Assembly (NCBI GenBank): GCA_964584045.1
Contig: CAZOYZ010000002.1
Span: forward strand, 1-46,911
Source of the DNA: an uncultured Prolixibacteraceae bacterium
Lineage (GTDB): Bacteria; Bacteroidota; Bacteroidia; Bacteroidales; Prolixibacteraceae
Length of the DNA: 46,911 nucleotides
Direction of reading: 5' to 3'
Shown here: in pieces, positions 18,105-26,986 of the stretch
How the letters are laid out: each line of letters opens with the position of its first letter
Position numbering within the stretch: the first letter of the stretch is position 1
Notes under the pieces: model-generated
What the model saw: the letters and a program-made list of their open reading frames with translations, nothing else
Told to the model about the DNA's origin: nothing
Databases searched by the model: none
Translations under genes and position numbers: made by a program

Positions 18105-19484
18105 ATGGAAAGACGTCATTTTCTTAGAAATACGGTTGCCGGAGCAACGGGCATGGTGATTGTTCCGACAATTGTTCCTTCCTCGGTATTCGGGAAGAAT
18201 GCTCCGGGTAACAAAATTAATATCGGGCAGATCGGTTGCGGACGGATCGCGCGCAGCCATGATTTACCAGGTACCATGCAGCACGATGTGGCCCGTGTCA
18301 TTGCGGTGAATGATCTGGACAGGAACCGTTTGGTCGACGGGAAAAAGCTGGTGGAGGATTATTACGCGGAAAAACTTGGGAAGAAATACATCGATGTGAA
18401 GATGTATGATGATTACCGGGAGATGCTTTTGAATAAAGATATTGACGCGGTGATCATCAGCACACCCGATCACTGGCATTCCCAGCCGGCCATTGAGGCT
18501 GCACTTGCAGGCAAGGATATTTATCTGCAAAAACCTACCTCGCTGACCATCGAAGAAGGAAGACAGCTCAGTGATATCGTAAGGAAGAAAAAAGTGATCC
18601 TCCAGGTAGGGACCCAGCAGCGTTCATCTTCCCAGTTCCGGATTGCTGCCGAGTTGGTACGAAACGGGAGGATCGGGAAACTCCATACGGTAAAGATAGG
18701 CTTACCGGGTGATCCTCCCGGGCCTGAAGCTCCTGAAATGCTGGTTCCGGCTGCGCTGAACTATGACATGTGGCTTGGCTCGACTCCCTTCGTTCCCTAC
18801 ACCGAAATCGGTGTTCATCCGCAGAAAGGATATGGCCGGCCGGGGTGGCTGCGGCGCGAACAGTTCGGTGCAGGCATGATCACCGGTTGGGGTCAGCATC
18901 ATTTCGACTCGGCTGCATGGGGTATGGATACGGAGTATACCGGTCCGGTTTCGGTGGAAGCTGTAGCCGAATTCCCAAAATTTGGTTTATGGGATGTTCA
19001 TGGCGATTTCATGGTGAAGGCCGAATATGAAAACGGGATTACCATGTATACCACAGGCGGCTATCCGAATGGGATCCGTTATGAAGGTACTGAAGGATGG
19101 ATCTTTGTGTCGCGCGGCGACTATGTGGCTTCGGCAAGCGATCCGGTTGCAAAGGAAAAAAGTGCCAAGGCACTCGACGCAAGCGATCCGAAGATCCTTG
19201 GGTCAACGATCGGCCCGAGTGAGATCCATTTGTACCAAAGCGATGAACAGCACGGGAACTGGCTTGACTGCATTCAGAGCCGGAAGGAGCCCATCTCTCC
19301 GGTCGAAATCGGACACAGGGCGTGCTCTGTCTGCCTGATCAGTCATATCGCCATGAAACTTTCCAGAAAGCTGTTCTGGGACCCCAAAACCGAGCGCTTC
19401 AGGAATGATGACGAGGCCAACACCTACCTGAGCCGGCCTCAAAGGTCACCGTACGGGACCAATTATGTATTGAAAAAGATTTGA
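18105..19484 (+). CDS. Gfo/Idh/MocA-family oxidoreductase with twin-arginine signal
   Basis: The ORF track starts at a TTG at 18060. The ATG at 18105 gives MERRHFLRNTVAGATGMVIVP, a Tat motif. A Rossmann N-terminus follows (INIGQIGCGRIA, AVIISTPDHWH). Confidence 0.85.
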   Translation: MERRHFLRNTVAGATGMVIVPTIVPSSVFGKNAPGNKINIGQIGCGRIARSHDLPGTMQHDVARVIAVNDLDRNRLVDGKKLVEDYYAEKLGKKYIDVKMYDDYREMLLNKDIDAVIISTPDHWHSQPAIEAALAGKDIYLQKPTSLTIEEGRQLSDIVRKKKVILQVGTQQRSSSQFRIAAELVRNGRIGKLHTVKIGLPGDPPGPEAPEMLVPAALNYDMWLGSTPFVPYTEIGVHPQKGYGRPGWLRREQFGAGMITGWGQHHFDSAAWGMDTEYTGPVSVEAVAEFPKFGLWDVHGDFMVKAEYENGITMYTTGGYPNGIRYEGTEGWIFVSRGDYVASASDPVAKEKSAKALDASDPKILGSTIGPSEIHLYQSDEQHGNWLDCIQSRKEPISPVEIGHRACSVCLISHIAMKLSRKLFWDPKTERFRNDDEANTYLSRPQRSPYGTNYVLKKI

Positions 19485-19498
19485 TATACTCTATTCTC

Positions 19499-19524
19499 AT
19501 TCCCGCGAAAGCGGGAATTTTTTT
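19499..19524 (+). terminator. Rho-independent terminator after the Tat-GFO oxidoreductase gene
   Basis: ATTCCCGC-GAAA-GCGGGAAT forms an 8-bp stem with a GNRA loop and is followed by a T7 run. Confidence 0.8.
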
Positions 19525-19562
19525 ACAGAAGAAAAGTTAACACGTGAAATACAGAAAACTTA

Positions 19563-21641
19563 ATGATTTCCGCGAAAGAGATGATGATAAGGAAAGTTTT
19601 TGAAGTGGAGGATCCTGATTTTGAGTTAAGTCCCTATACGGGAATGACCAAAAAGCACTACATCGGGCTGGCTAAATATTTACTGGAGAGGGCATTTAAG
19701 TATGTGGATTCGGTTGAAACGCCATTGTCATTCCCTTCAGTACCCGGTAAGACTTATCCCCAACCCGGTGCACCGGCCTGGAGGTACCGTTCGGCGGAGT
19801 TTGAAGCACTGGAGCGTACATTCACCCTTGCAGGACCATTGATCCACGTTGATCCGGAGGTGACTATCCGGAATATCAGGCTCAGGGATTATTACTGTTT
19901 ACAGCTATACCGTACTTTGACACCGGGACATTCTAATTCATTGCCATTGCCTGAAGACCTGCCGGATTCCAATTATCAGTTCACCTGTGAATTCGGAGGC
20001 TTGTTTAAGACCCTTCTGTTGATGCCGGAAACGCTGTGGTCCGGTTTTCCCGAAAAGCAAAAGGAGGAGATGGTGATCACCATCTCAAAATGGGCCCACC
20101 ACCGGACAACACAGAATAACTGGCGTATTTTTAATATCATCACCCTCTCGTTCCTTAAAAAATACGGGTATGAAATCGACGAAGACTTATTGAAAAGCCA
20201 CCTTTTATGGGTGGTGTCTTATCATTCGGGCGATGGCTGGTATCTTGAACAAACTTACAACTATTATTCGATCAGTCTTTTCATCGTCTATACGACGATC
20301 TGGAACAGGGCCTTTGGCGATGAATATTATCCGGAAATTGCTGCCGTTATTGAGCAATCAGCTCAAAAATTGATGGAATCGATCACCGGCTTTTTTGGTC
20401 GCAACGGTTATATTAATATGTGGTCCAGGAGTATTTGTTACAGAACCTGGGTTTCGGGGGCATTCCCTGTGTCATTCATGCTGAAGGATCAATCGCTTCT
20501 GGATCCCGGCTGGGCAAGACGTTTGTGTTCGGGATCCCTGCTGCAGTTTGTTACCCGCGAGGAGTTTTTCCATAATGAGATTCCCAGTCTGGGATTTTAT
20601 GGTCAGAAGGAGTACATGGTGCAGAATTACAGTTGCCCGGCCAGCCCTTTTCTGATGTTCCTTCCTTTTATAGGTCTTGCACTGCCCGATGATTCTGCCT
20701 TCTGGACTGCCCGGGAGAACGAGGGGATTTGGGAGACGCTCGGGACCAGGTCGCGCCGGGTCATTCTTGAAAGCCCTGGTCTTGCGGTGGTCAACCACGG
20801 TAAAACCGGTACCTCTGAAATCATTCCGGGGAAAGTGTACTATGACGATCCGAACTATTCCAAACTGGTTTATAACACTCATTTCCCATGGGAAGATCAT
20901 GATCCTGAAGGCGGGACAGCGATGGAGTATAGTTTCCGGAGCCTGGACCCCCGGGACAGGCGCGGAGACGACATTAATTTTTATCTCACCGGGCTTGCTA
21001 TTCGAAACGATTCAGACAAAAATAAGTATTACACCACCTCTCAAAGTATGCTCTATAACGGTGTGCGGAATAACGTGTTGTACCGGCAGGCCATTATGCG
21101 GAAACCACCGAATAACGGAGTGGGATATATTATTGATCTGGCCGAAATTACTATTCCCGGAGGCGTAATTCGTGTTGACCGCACCAGACTGGCTTTTGAA
21201 TATGAGCTGACGCTTGGACATTTTGGCATGCCGCATCTTAAAGGTGAAAAGGCGGTCATCGAACAGGTTGAGGATGGAACAAGAAAAGTGATGACAGCCT
21301 CTGTGCCGGGAAGGAGTGTCGCCTTGATCGTGTATCGCGGATGGGATAAGCTGGATCATTTGGTACATACCAATCGCAATGCGGAAGCGGATGAAAGTAC
21401 CGTCATTTACGCATGGAAAAAAAGAATGATCAAAAATCCGCCAATGGAATTAATGATCACAGTCATGCTGCATAAAACCGGCGACAGCGCATGGACTGAC
21501 GAAGAGCTGTCGCCGGTAAGGGATATTCGTGTGATGGAGGTGATGCCGTCCGGTTCTCCGCTGGGTGCGGTCATCACCCTGAGTAATCATGATCAGTATG
21601 AGATTGACTTTAAGGATATCGACGGGAAACGGTCGTGTTAG
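19563..21641 (+). CDS. DUF2264-like protein (predicted cytoplasmic, function unknown)
   Basis: 692-aa ORF with no signal peptide. The N-terminal segment (SPYTGMTKKHYIGLAKYLLERAF) and the TQNNWRIFN motif resemble DUF2264 as I recall it. The assignment is tentative. Confidence 0.55.
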   Translation: MISAKEMMIRKVFEVEDPDFELSPYTGMTKKHYIGLAKYLLERAFKYVDSVETPLSFPSVPGKTYPQPGAPAWRYRSAEFEALERTFTLAGPLIHVDPEVTIRNIRLRDYYCLQLYRTLTPGHSNSLPLPEDLPDSNYQFTCEFGGLFKTLLLMPETLWSGFPEKQKEEMVITISKWAHHRTTQNNWRIFNIITLSFLKKYGYEIDEDLLKSHLLWVVSYHSGDGWYLEQTYNYYSISLFIVYTTIWNRAFGDEYYPEIAAVIEQSAQKLMESITGFFGRNGYINMWSRSICYRTWVSGAFPVSFMLKDQSLLDPGWARRLCSGSLLQFVTREEFFHNEIPSLGFYGQKEYMVQNYSCPASPFLMFLPFIGLALPDDSAFWTARENEGIWETLGTRSRRVILESPGLAVVNHGKTGTSEIIPGKVYYDDPNYSKLVYNTHFPWEDHDPEGGTAMEYSFRSLDPRDRRGDDINFYLTGLAIRNDSDKNKYYTTSQSMLYNGVRNNVLYRQAIMRKPPNNGVGYIIDLAEITIPGGVIRVDRTRLAFEYELTLGHFGMPHLKGEKAVIEQVEDGTRKVMTASVPGRSVALIVYRGWDKLDHLVHTNRNAEADESTVIYAWKKRMIKNPPMELMITVMLHKTGDSAWTDEELSPVRDIRVMEVMPSGSPLGAVITLSNHDQYEIDFKDIDGKRSC

Positions 21642-21721
21642 CTTTTCATTCTGTGATACAATACGCCTAAAAAAGTTTACTTTTGTAGTTGGTACAAATT
21701 AATCTATCAAAATCTGATCAT

Positions 21722-23137
21722 ATGACACAACAATCCTCCAGTCTTCTGATCCTGTCGGTGGTGTTTGTCACTGCCTGTTCCGGTGGGGGGCAAAAGCCCG
21801 CTCCGGATGAAGGATCAACATCGAAATTCACAGGTGCCAAAGGAGAAGTCAAACTGATGACTCTTGATCCTGGTCATTTTCATGCAGCCCTTGTTCAAAA
21901 GAACATGTATGAACAGGTTGACCCGACCGTATACGTATATGCGCCGGAAGGACCGGACTTGCAGAATCATCTGAAACTGATCGAAGGATTCAATACGCGT
22001 GCTGAAAATCCGGCAGGCTGGATCGAGAAGGTTTACACCGGAGACGATTTCTTTCAGAAAATGCTTGTTCAAAAACCGGGGAATGTCGTTGTCCTTTCGG
22101 GCAATAACGCTAAAAAGATCACGTATATTAAAGCAGCTGCCGACTCCGGGATCAACATCCTGGCAGATAAACCTATGGTCATTAATCCGGCAGGATTTGC
22201 CATTCTGGAAGAAGCGTTCAGATCGGCCGGAGAAAAAGGCGTACTGTTATATGACATCATGACCGAACGTTATGAGATCACCAGTATCATTCAGCGCGAA
22301 CTGTCTAAGATTCCGGAAGTATTCGGTACCCTGAAAGATGGAACTCCCGAAGAACCAGCCATTACCAAAGAAAGTGTCCATCATTTCTTCAAACAGGTAG
22401 CCGGAAAGCCGCTTACAAGACCGGCATGGTTTTTTGATACGGAACAGCAGGGAGAAGGTATTGTGGATGTTACGACTCACCTGGTCGATCTGATCCAGTG
22501 GGAAGCATTTCCTGAACAGATCCTGCAAAAGTCGGATGTGGAGATGCTGAAGGCGAAACATTGGACAACCGGCCTCACGCCTGAGCAGTTTAAAAAAGTG
22601 ACCCAGATGGAAACTTTTCCTGATTTCCTGCAGAAGGATGTGAAAGACGGGAAGCTGCAGGTTTACTCCAATGGAGAAATGATCTATAAACTGAAGGGGA
22701 AGCACGCTAAAGTGTCTGTGATCTGGAATTTTGAAGCTCCGGAGGGAACCGGTGATACGCATTACAGTGTGATGCATGGTTCTTTATGCGACCTGATCAT
22801 TAAACAGGGCAAAGAGGAAAATTATAAACCCACCGTCTTTATTCAGGCGACGCTTAATGAGGAACTGGATGCGTTTGAAGGTAATCTGCAAAAAGCAGTC
22901 GAACAGGATATTGCAACGGCCTACCCGGGACTGAGACTGGTAAAAGTACAGGACAAGCTCTGGAGCGTGGAAATTCCCGGCAAATTCAAAGTCGGCCATG
23001 AGGCGCATTTCGGGCAGGTAACAGAAAAATACCTGCAATACCTGGTCGACGGGAAGTTACCTGACTGGGAAGTTCCCAACATGATCACCAAATATTACAC
23101 GACTACGCTCGCGCTGGAGATGGCATCTAAACAATAG
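21722..23137 (+). CDS. Lipoprotein related to the putative oxidoreductase C-terminal domain family (GFO-like)
   Basis: The internal ATG at 21722 gives MTQQSSSLLILSVVFVTAC, a lipobox. The LDPGHFHAALVQ motif and ~470-aa size match Bacteroidota proteins annotated as putative oxidoreductase C-terminal domain-containing. Confidence 0.65.
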   Translation: MTQQSSSLLILSVVFVTACSGGGQKPAPDEGSTSKFTGAKGEVKLMTLDPGHFHAALVQKNMYEQVDPTVYVYAPEGPDLQNHLKLIEGFNTRAENPAGWIEKVYTGDDFFQKMLVQKPGNVVVLSGNNAKKITYIKAAADSGINILADKPMVINPAGFAILEEAFRSAGEKGVLLYDIMTERYEITSIIQRELSKIPEVFGTLKDGTPEEPAITKESVHHFFKQVAGKPLTRPAWFFDTEQQGEGIVDVTTHLVDLIQWEAFPEQILQKSDVEMLKAKHWTTGLTPEQFKKVTQMETFPDFLQKDVKDGKLQVYSNGEMIYKLKGKHAKVSVIWNFEAPEGTGDTHYSVMHGSLCDLIIKQGKEENYKPTVFIQATLNEELDAFEGNLQKAVEQDIATAYPGLRLVKVQDKLWSVEIPGKFKVGHEAHFGQVTEKYLQYLVDGKLPDWEVPNMITKYYTTTLALEMASKQ

Positions 23138-23165
23138 ACTTTCATATTTTTTACGTGCGATGCCA

Positions 23166-23206
23166 AAGACAAAGATCAGGCTCTTCCAGGGCCTGATCTT
23201 TGTCTT
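23166..23206. terminator. Bidirectional hairpin terminator between convergent genes
   Basis: A perfect 16-bp stem forms between AAGACAAAGATCAGGC (23166-23181) and GCCTGATCTTTGTCTT (23191-23206). It overlaps the stop codon of the aldo/keto reductase. Confidence 0.7.
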
Positions 23207-24215
23207 ATACTTCTTTCTGCTTGAAATACTCTACGCTGCCTTGCATGGCCTTCGCTTTTACCTTCTCTGCCAGCGCTGTTCTTTGTTCTTGCGTTAATTC
23301 ACTGAAGTTTCGGGCCAGGCTGATCTTTTCACGCATCATGGTTGCATTTTCGTTGCCCGATATCAATACCGAAACAGGAAGCGACCAGACAAAATACATG
23401 GCTTCTCTTATACTGAGATATTTAGGGATAACCGGATCGTCAGTGGTCCAGTCCGCCTGTTTTTTTTCGGCAAAAAAGCGTCCGTCGGCAAGCGATTTGA
23501 TCGAGGTAATTCCCATGTTCCGTTTCAGCGCAACAGGCATGACATTTTGAATAAAACTGTAATAGGACTGGTCAAGGACATTCACGGGCATCAGAACAAC
23601 ATCAAAGAGGTCACTTGCATTCGTCTTTTCCAGCATCCGCATGTGCGCGTATGGATTCTGGTGACCGGTGAATCCGATATATCTTGCTTTGCCCTCCTTC
23701 TTTGCTTTTACCATCACCTCCAGTACCCCTTCCCGGATACGGCTGTCTACATCATCGGGGGTGCCAACGGCATGCACCTGATACAGGTCGAGATGATCCG
23801 TGTGAAGTCTCCTGAGTGTTCCTTCCAGGTGTTCGCGAACGGTCTTTGCATCTTTTCCGGTAGATTTGCTGGTCAGGAAAATCAGATCTCTGTAGTTGGG
23901 GGTGAGATATTTGCCGTAGCGTTCTTCGCTTTTACCTGCCCCGTAGCTCTCGGCAGTGTCAAAGAACCGGACGCCCCCTTCGAGCGCCGCTTCGATCACC
24001 TCCTGCGCGTCACGTTCGGTGGTCCATCCGATATGAAATCCGCCAACGCCGAGCATCGTTACAAATTCATTTGTTCGTCCCAGTTTTCTTTTTGGAAGGA
24101 TTTTACCCAATCTGTCTTTGCCGGGATTTTTTTCTTCCGCGTACAGACCTGCTGGTACAGCCAAACCAGCCGTGAGTGCCGCGATCGATTTAATGAATAA
24201 ACGTCTGTCTGCCAT
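23205..24215 (-). CDS. Aldo/keto reductase with twin-arginine signal
   Basis: The long ORF (to 24341) would overlap kdsB. The internal start at 24215 gives MADRRLFIKSIAALTAGLAVPAGLYA, a Tat signal, followed by an AKR fold (FFDTAESYG, RYIGFTGH). Confidence 0.85.
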   Translation of the reverse strand: MADRRLFIKSIAALTAGLAVPAGLYAEEKNPGKDRLGKILPKRKLGRTNEFVTMLGVGGFHIGWTTERDAQEVIEAALEGGVRFFDTAESYGAGKSEERYGKYLTPNYRDLIFLTSKSTGKDAKTVREHLEGTLRRLHTDHLDLYQVHAVGTPDDVDSRIREGVLEVMVKAKKEGKARYIGFTGHQNPYAHMRMLEKTNASDLFDVVLMPVNVLDQSYYSFIQNVMPVALKRNMGITSIKSLADGRFFAEKKQADWTTDDPVIPKYLSIREAMYFVWSLPVSVLISGNENATMMREKISLARNFSELTQEQRTALAEKVKAKAMQGSVEYFKQKEV

Positions 24216-24270
24216 ATCTCTGAATTTAGATCCTGATACTATGTACGGCAAGACAATTATTTTGTTCATG

Positions 24271-25020
24271 CTAACATCCGGTTCCCAGTAATTTTTTTGC
24301 TGTTTCCAGATCCTCGGGGGTATCAATGCCGATGCTTTCAAAGGAAGTGACTGCGGTTTTTATCCGGTAACCGTTTTCCAGCCAGCGGAGCTGTTCAAGT
24401 GACTCGGCCACTTCCAGCGCTGAAGGAGGCAATTGGGTAATGCGATTCAAAACATCTCTGCGGTAGGCATACATGCCAAGGTGGCAGTAAAACGAATGAG
24501 ACCCGATCCATCGTTCCTGCTCCTTCCCCCGGACATAAGGAATGGTACACCGGCTGAACAACAACGCGTTTTGCCGGCTGTCAATGACTACTTTCGGACG
24601 GTTTGGATTAAAAAGTTCGGCACTGCTTTCTGCTTTTTTTATCAGGGTCGCGATTTGTGTTTCAGGGTCTGTGAAACAACTTTTAAGTGCTTCAATTTGC
24701 TCGGCCCGGATGAACGGCTCGTCCCCCTGAATATTTACGACGACATCGAAATCGGTTTGTTTGGCAATTTTCGTTGCGGCTTCGGCGCAGCGGTCGGTTC
24801 CGCTTTGATGATCGCTTCGAGTCATCACCACTTTCCCTCCAAAACCTGAAACGCTATCCGCTATCCGCTGATCATCGGTGGCCACCCAGACGCTTTCCAA
24901 TGCGGTTCGTGCATTTTCATAGACGTGTTGAATGATCGGTTTATGACCGAGAACAGCAAGTGGTTTACCCGGGAACCGCGTAGATTGGTAACGGGCGGGG
25001 ATAATGGCGATAAAGTTCAT
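24271..25020 (-). CDS. kdsB: 3-deoxy-manno-octulosonate cytidylyltransferase (CMP-Kdo synthetase)
   Basis: 249-aa ORF with MNFIAIIPARYQSTRFPGKPL and NIQGDEP motifs, plus typical length. Confidence 0.9.
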   Translation of the reverse strand: MNFIAIIPARYQSTRFPGKPLAVLGHKPIIQHVYENARTALESVWVATDDQRIADSVSGFGGKVVMTRSDHQSGTDRCAEAATKIAKQTDFDVVVNIQGDEPFIRAEQIEALKSCFTDPETQIATLIKKAESSAELFNPNRPKVVIDSRQNALLFSRCTIPYVRGKEQERWIGSHSFYCHLGMYAYRRDVLNRITQLPPSALEVAESLEQLRWLENGYRIKTAVTSFESIGIDTPEDLETAKKLLGTGC

Positions 25021-25060
25021 GTGTAGATTTTTAAGTGTGCTGCAAAATTATAAAAAATTA

Positions 25061-25194
25061 GTCGTAAGTCATAAGTCGCAAGTCGCAAGACAGACTTCCG
25101 GATTCTTTGAATATCTGAACATCTATTACTTCTGTCTTGTGTCTTGATACTTGTGTCTTTTTATCTTTTAACTTTGTGTCCTGATACTTGATAC
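25061..25194. repeat. Heptamer-periodic inverted-repeat element, copy A
   Basis: The left arm is GTCGTAA GTCATAA GTCGCAA GTCGCAA GACAGAC (25061-25095), followed by a 34-nt spacer. The right arm holds about nine TTGTGTC/TTGATAC-type heptamers (25130-25194). Positions 25128-25159 are 31/32 identical to 30309-30340. Confidence 0.8.
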
Positions 25195-25200
25195 TTTTTT

Positions 25201-25208
25201 TAACTTTG
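25201..25208 (+). promoter_or_regulatory. Candidate -7 promoter element (TAACTTTG) for the sigma-54 activator gene
   Basis: Exact TAnnTTTG match 23 nt upstream of the ATG at 25231. An identical TAACTTTG lies at 25169-25176 inside the repeat arm. Confidence 0.35.
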
Positions 25209-25230
25209 CTCTTTGAATCAGAAAGCTTAC

Positions 25231-26469
25231 ATGAATGGTATGGATGTTCAGGAAATAAAACAACGGTTTGGTATTATCGGGAATGCGCCCGGGCTTAACA
25301 GGGCGATTGAAGTTGCCGTTCAGGTTGCTCCAACTGATTTGTCGGTTTTGATCAGTGGTGAAAGTGGCAGCGGTAAAGAGGTTTTTCCCCAGATCATTCA
25401 TAATTTTTCGTCAAGGAAGCATGGTAAATATATAGCGGTTAACTGTGGCGCAATTCCGGAAGGAACCATCGACTCTGAGCTTTTCGGACATGAGAAAGGT
25501 GCTTTTACGGGGGCCTTGTCCGATCGTAAAGGTTATTTTGAAGAAGCTGACGGGGGTACGATTTTTTTGGATGAAATCGGCGAATTGCCGCTTTCGACGC
25601 AGGTGCGGTTGTTACGCGTTCTGGAAGCGGGCGAATTCATTAAGGTTGGTTCCTCGAAAGTGCTGAAGACCAATGTCAGAATGGTTGCTGCGACGAATGT
25701 TGATCTTCCAGAAGCCATTGAGCAAGGGAAGTTCCGTGAAGACCTGTTTTATCGTTTGAACACGGTGCCAATCCGGATTTTACCTTTACGTGACAGGAAG
25801 GAGGATATTTACCTGCTGTTCCGTAAATTTGCACAGGATTTTGCCGAACGGTACCGGATGCCGCCTGTGAGACTGGATGATGAGGCCCGGATGGTCCTTG
25901 AGAATTTTCATTGGCCCGGGAATGTCCGTCAGCTCAAAAATATTACGGAACAAATATCGGTCATTGAGCAGGAACGGATGATCACCGGACAAAGCATGAG
26001 AAAATATTTGCCCGCCGGCCCGTCTTCACAGTTGCCTGCGCTTTATAAGGCTGTGGATGAAAAAACTTTTTCCAGTGAGCGAGAAATTCTGTACCAGGTT
26101 CTGTTCGACATGAAAAAAGATATGAACGATTTGAAAAAGCTGGTGCTCGATCTGATGAGGGAGGGAAATCCGGCCGATTTTCAAAGGGAGAACGCCCAGA
26201 TCATTCATAACCTGTACAAAAAAGACCCCGGGCACTATGTTCCGGAACCGGCGCAGACCAATCCGGTGCCGTTTGAACATGTGAACAGGGAAGATATCCT
26301 GGATACGGAAGAGTTTGTGGAAGAGTCACTCTCGCTGGAGGACAAGGAAATTGAATTAATAAGAAAAGCCCTGGAAAAACATAAGGGTAAACGTAAATAT
26401 GCCGCACAGGAATTGGGTATCTCAGAACGTACCCTTTACCGGAAAATAAAAGAGTATGAGATCGATTGA
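25231..26469 (+). CDS. Sigma-54-dependent transcriptional activator (bEBP) without N-terminal sensory domain
   Basis: Walker A GESGSGKE, the GAFTGA signature (HEKGAFTGAL) and a C-terminal Fis-type HTH (AAQELGISERTLYRKIKEY). The AAA+ core starts within ~10 residues of the ATG at 25231. The track ORF begins at a TTG at 25213. Confidence 0.9.
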   Translation: MNGMDVQEIKQRFGIIGNAPGLNRAIEVAVQVAPTDLSVLISGESGSGKEVFPQIIHNFSSRKHGKYIAVNCGAIPEGTIDSELFGHEKGAFTGALSDRKGYFEEADGGTIFLDEIGELPLSTQVRLLRVLEAGEFIKVGSSKVLKTNVRMVAATNVDLPEAIEQGKFREDLFYRLNTVPIRILPLRDRKEDIYLLFRKFAQDFAERYRMPPVRLDDEARMVLENFHWPGNVRQLKNITEQISVIEQERMITGQSMRKYLPAGPSSQLPALYKAVDEKTFSSEREILYQVLFDMKKDMNDLKKLVLDLMREGNPADFQRENAQIIHNLYKKDPGHYVPEPAQTNPVPFEHVNREDILDTEEFVEESLSLEDKEIELIRKALEKHKGKRKYAAQELGISERTLYRKIKEYEID

Positions 26470-26986
26470 CCCGTTGGGGCGTTTAAAGCCTTTTTTGCTT
26501 CTGCTGCTCATCGGCATTCCCTTTCTGCAGGGGTGCAGGTTTTCCTATTCATTTACAGGAGCATCTATTGCAGAAAATGTAAAGACTTTCTCCGTTGATT
26601 ATTTTGCCAACCGCGCACGACTGGTCAATCCGAATCTGAGTCAGCAATTCACTGAAGCGCTGCAGGAAAAGCTGACCAGGCAAACTTCCCTCGATTTGGT
26701 GACTAACCGGGGGGATCTCGAATTCAGCGGCCAGATCACCGGCTATGAAACCCGTCCGATGAACATCCAGGAAGGCGACTTTGCGGCACAGACCCGGCTG
26801 ACTGTCACCGTCAAGGTGAAGTATGTGAATAATACCGATCACGAAGAGGATTGGGAAAGATCATTTTCTGCCTATGCCGATTACGAAAGTACGCGGATCT
26901 TGAGCGATGTGGAAGAAGAATTGATGGTGGAAATCATTGAACAACTGGTCGAGGATATTTTTAACGCATCAATTGCAAACTGGTAA
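26456..26986 (+). CDS. lptE: LptE-like LPS-assembly lipoprotein
   Basis: 176-aa ORF with a lipobox (IPFLQGC). It holds the conserved Bacteroidota position between the sigma-54 activator and secG. The family call rests on memory of this neighbourhood. Confidence 0.55.
   Translation: MRSIDPLGRLKPFLLLLLIGIPFLQGCRFSYSFTGASIAENVKTFSVDYFANRARLVNPNLSQQFTEALQEKLTRQTSLDLVTNRGDLEFSGQITGYETRPMNIQEGDFAAQTRLTVTVKVKYVNNTDHEEDWERSFSAYADYESTRILSDVEEELMVEIIEQLVEDIFNASIANW

Noticed and set aside
24216-24341. Upstream extension of the aldo/keto reductase ORF overlapping the 3' end of kdsB.
   Set aside because: The twin-arginine signal begins at the Met at 24215, and a 42-aa extension would put the Tat motif out of its N-terminal position.
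25061-25194. Short periodic repeats as a possible CRISPR array.
   Set aside because: The units are 7 nt and contiguous, with no spacers of 25-40 nt, and no cas genes are present. This is a microsatellite-like inverted-repeat element, not CRISPR.
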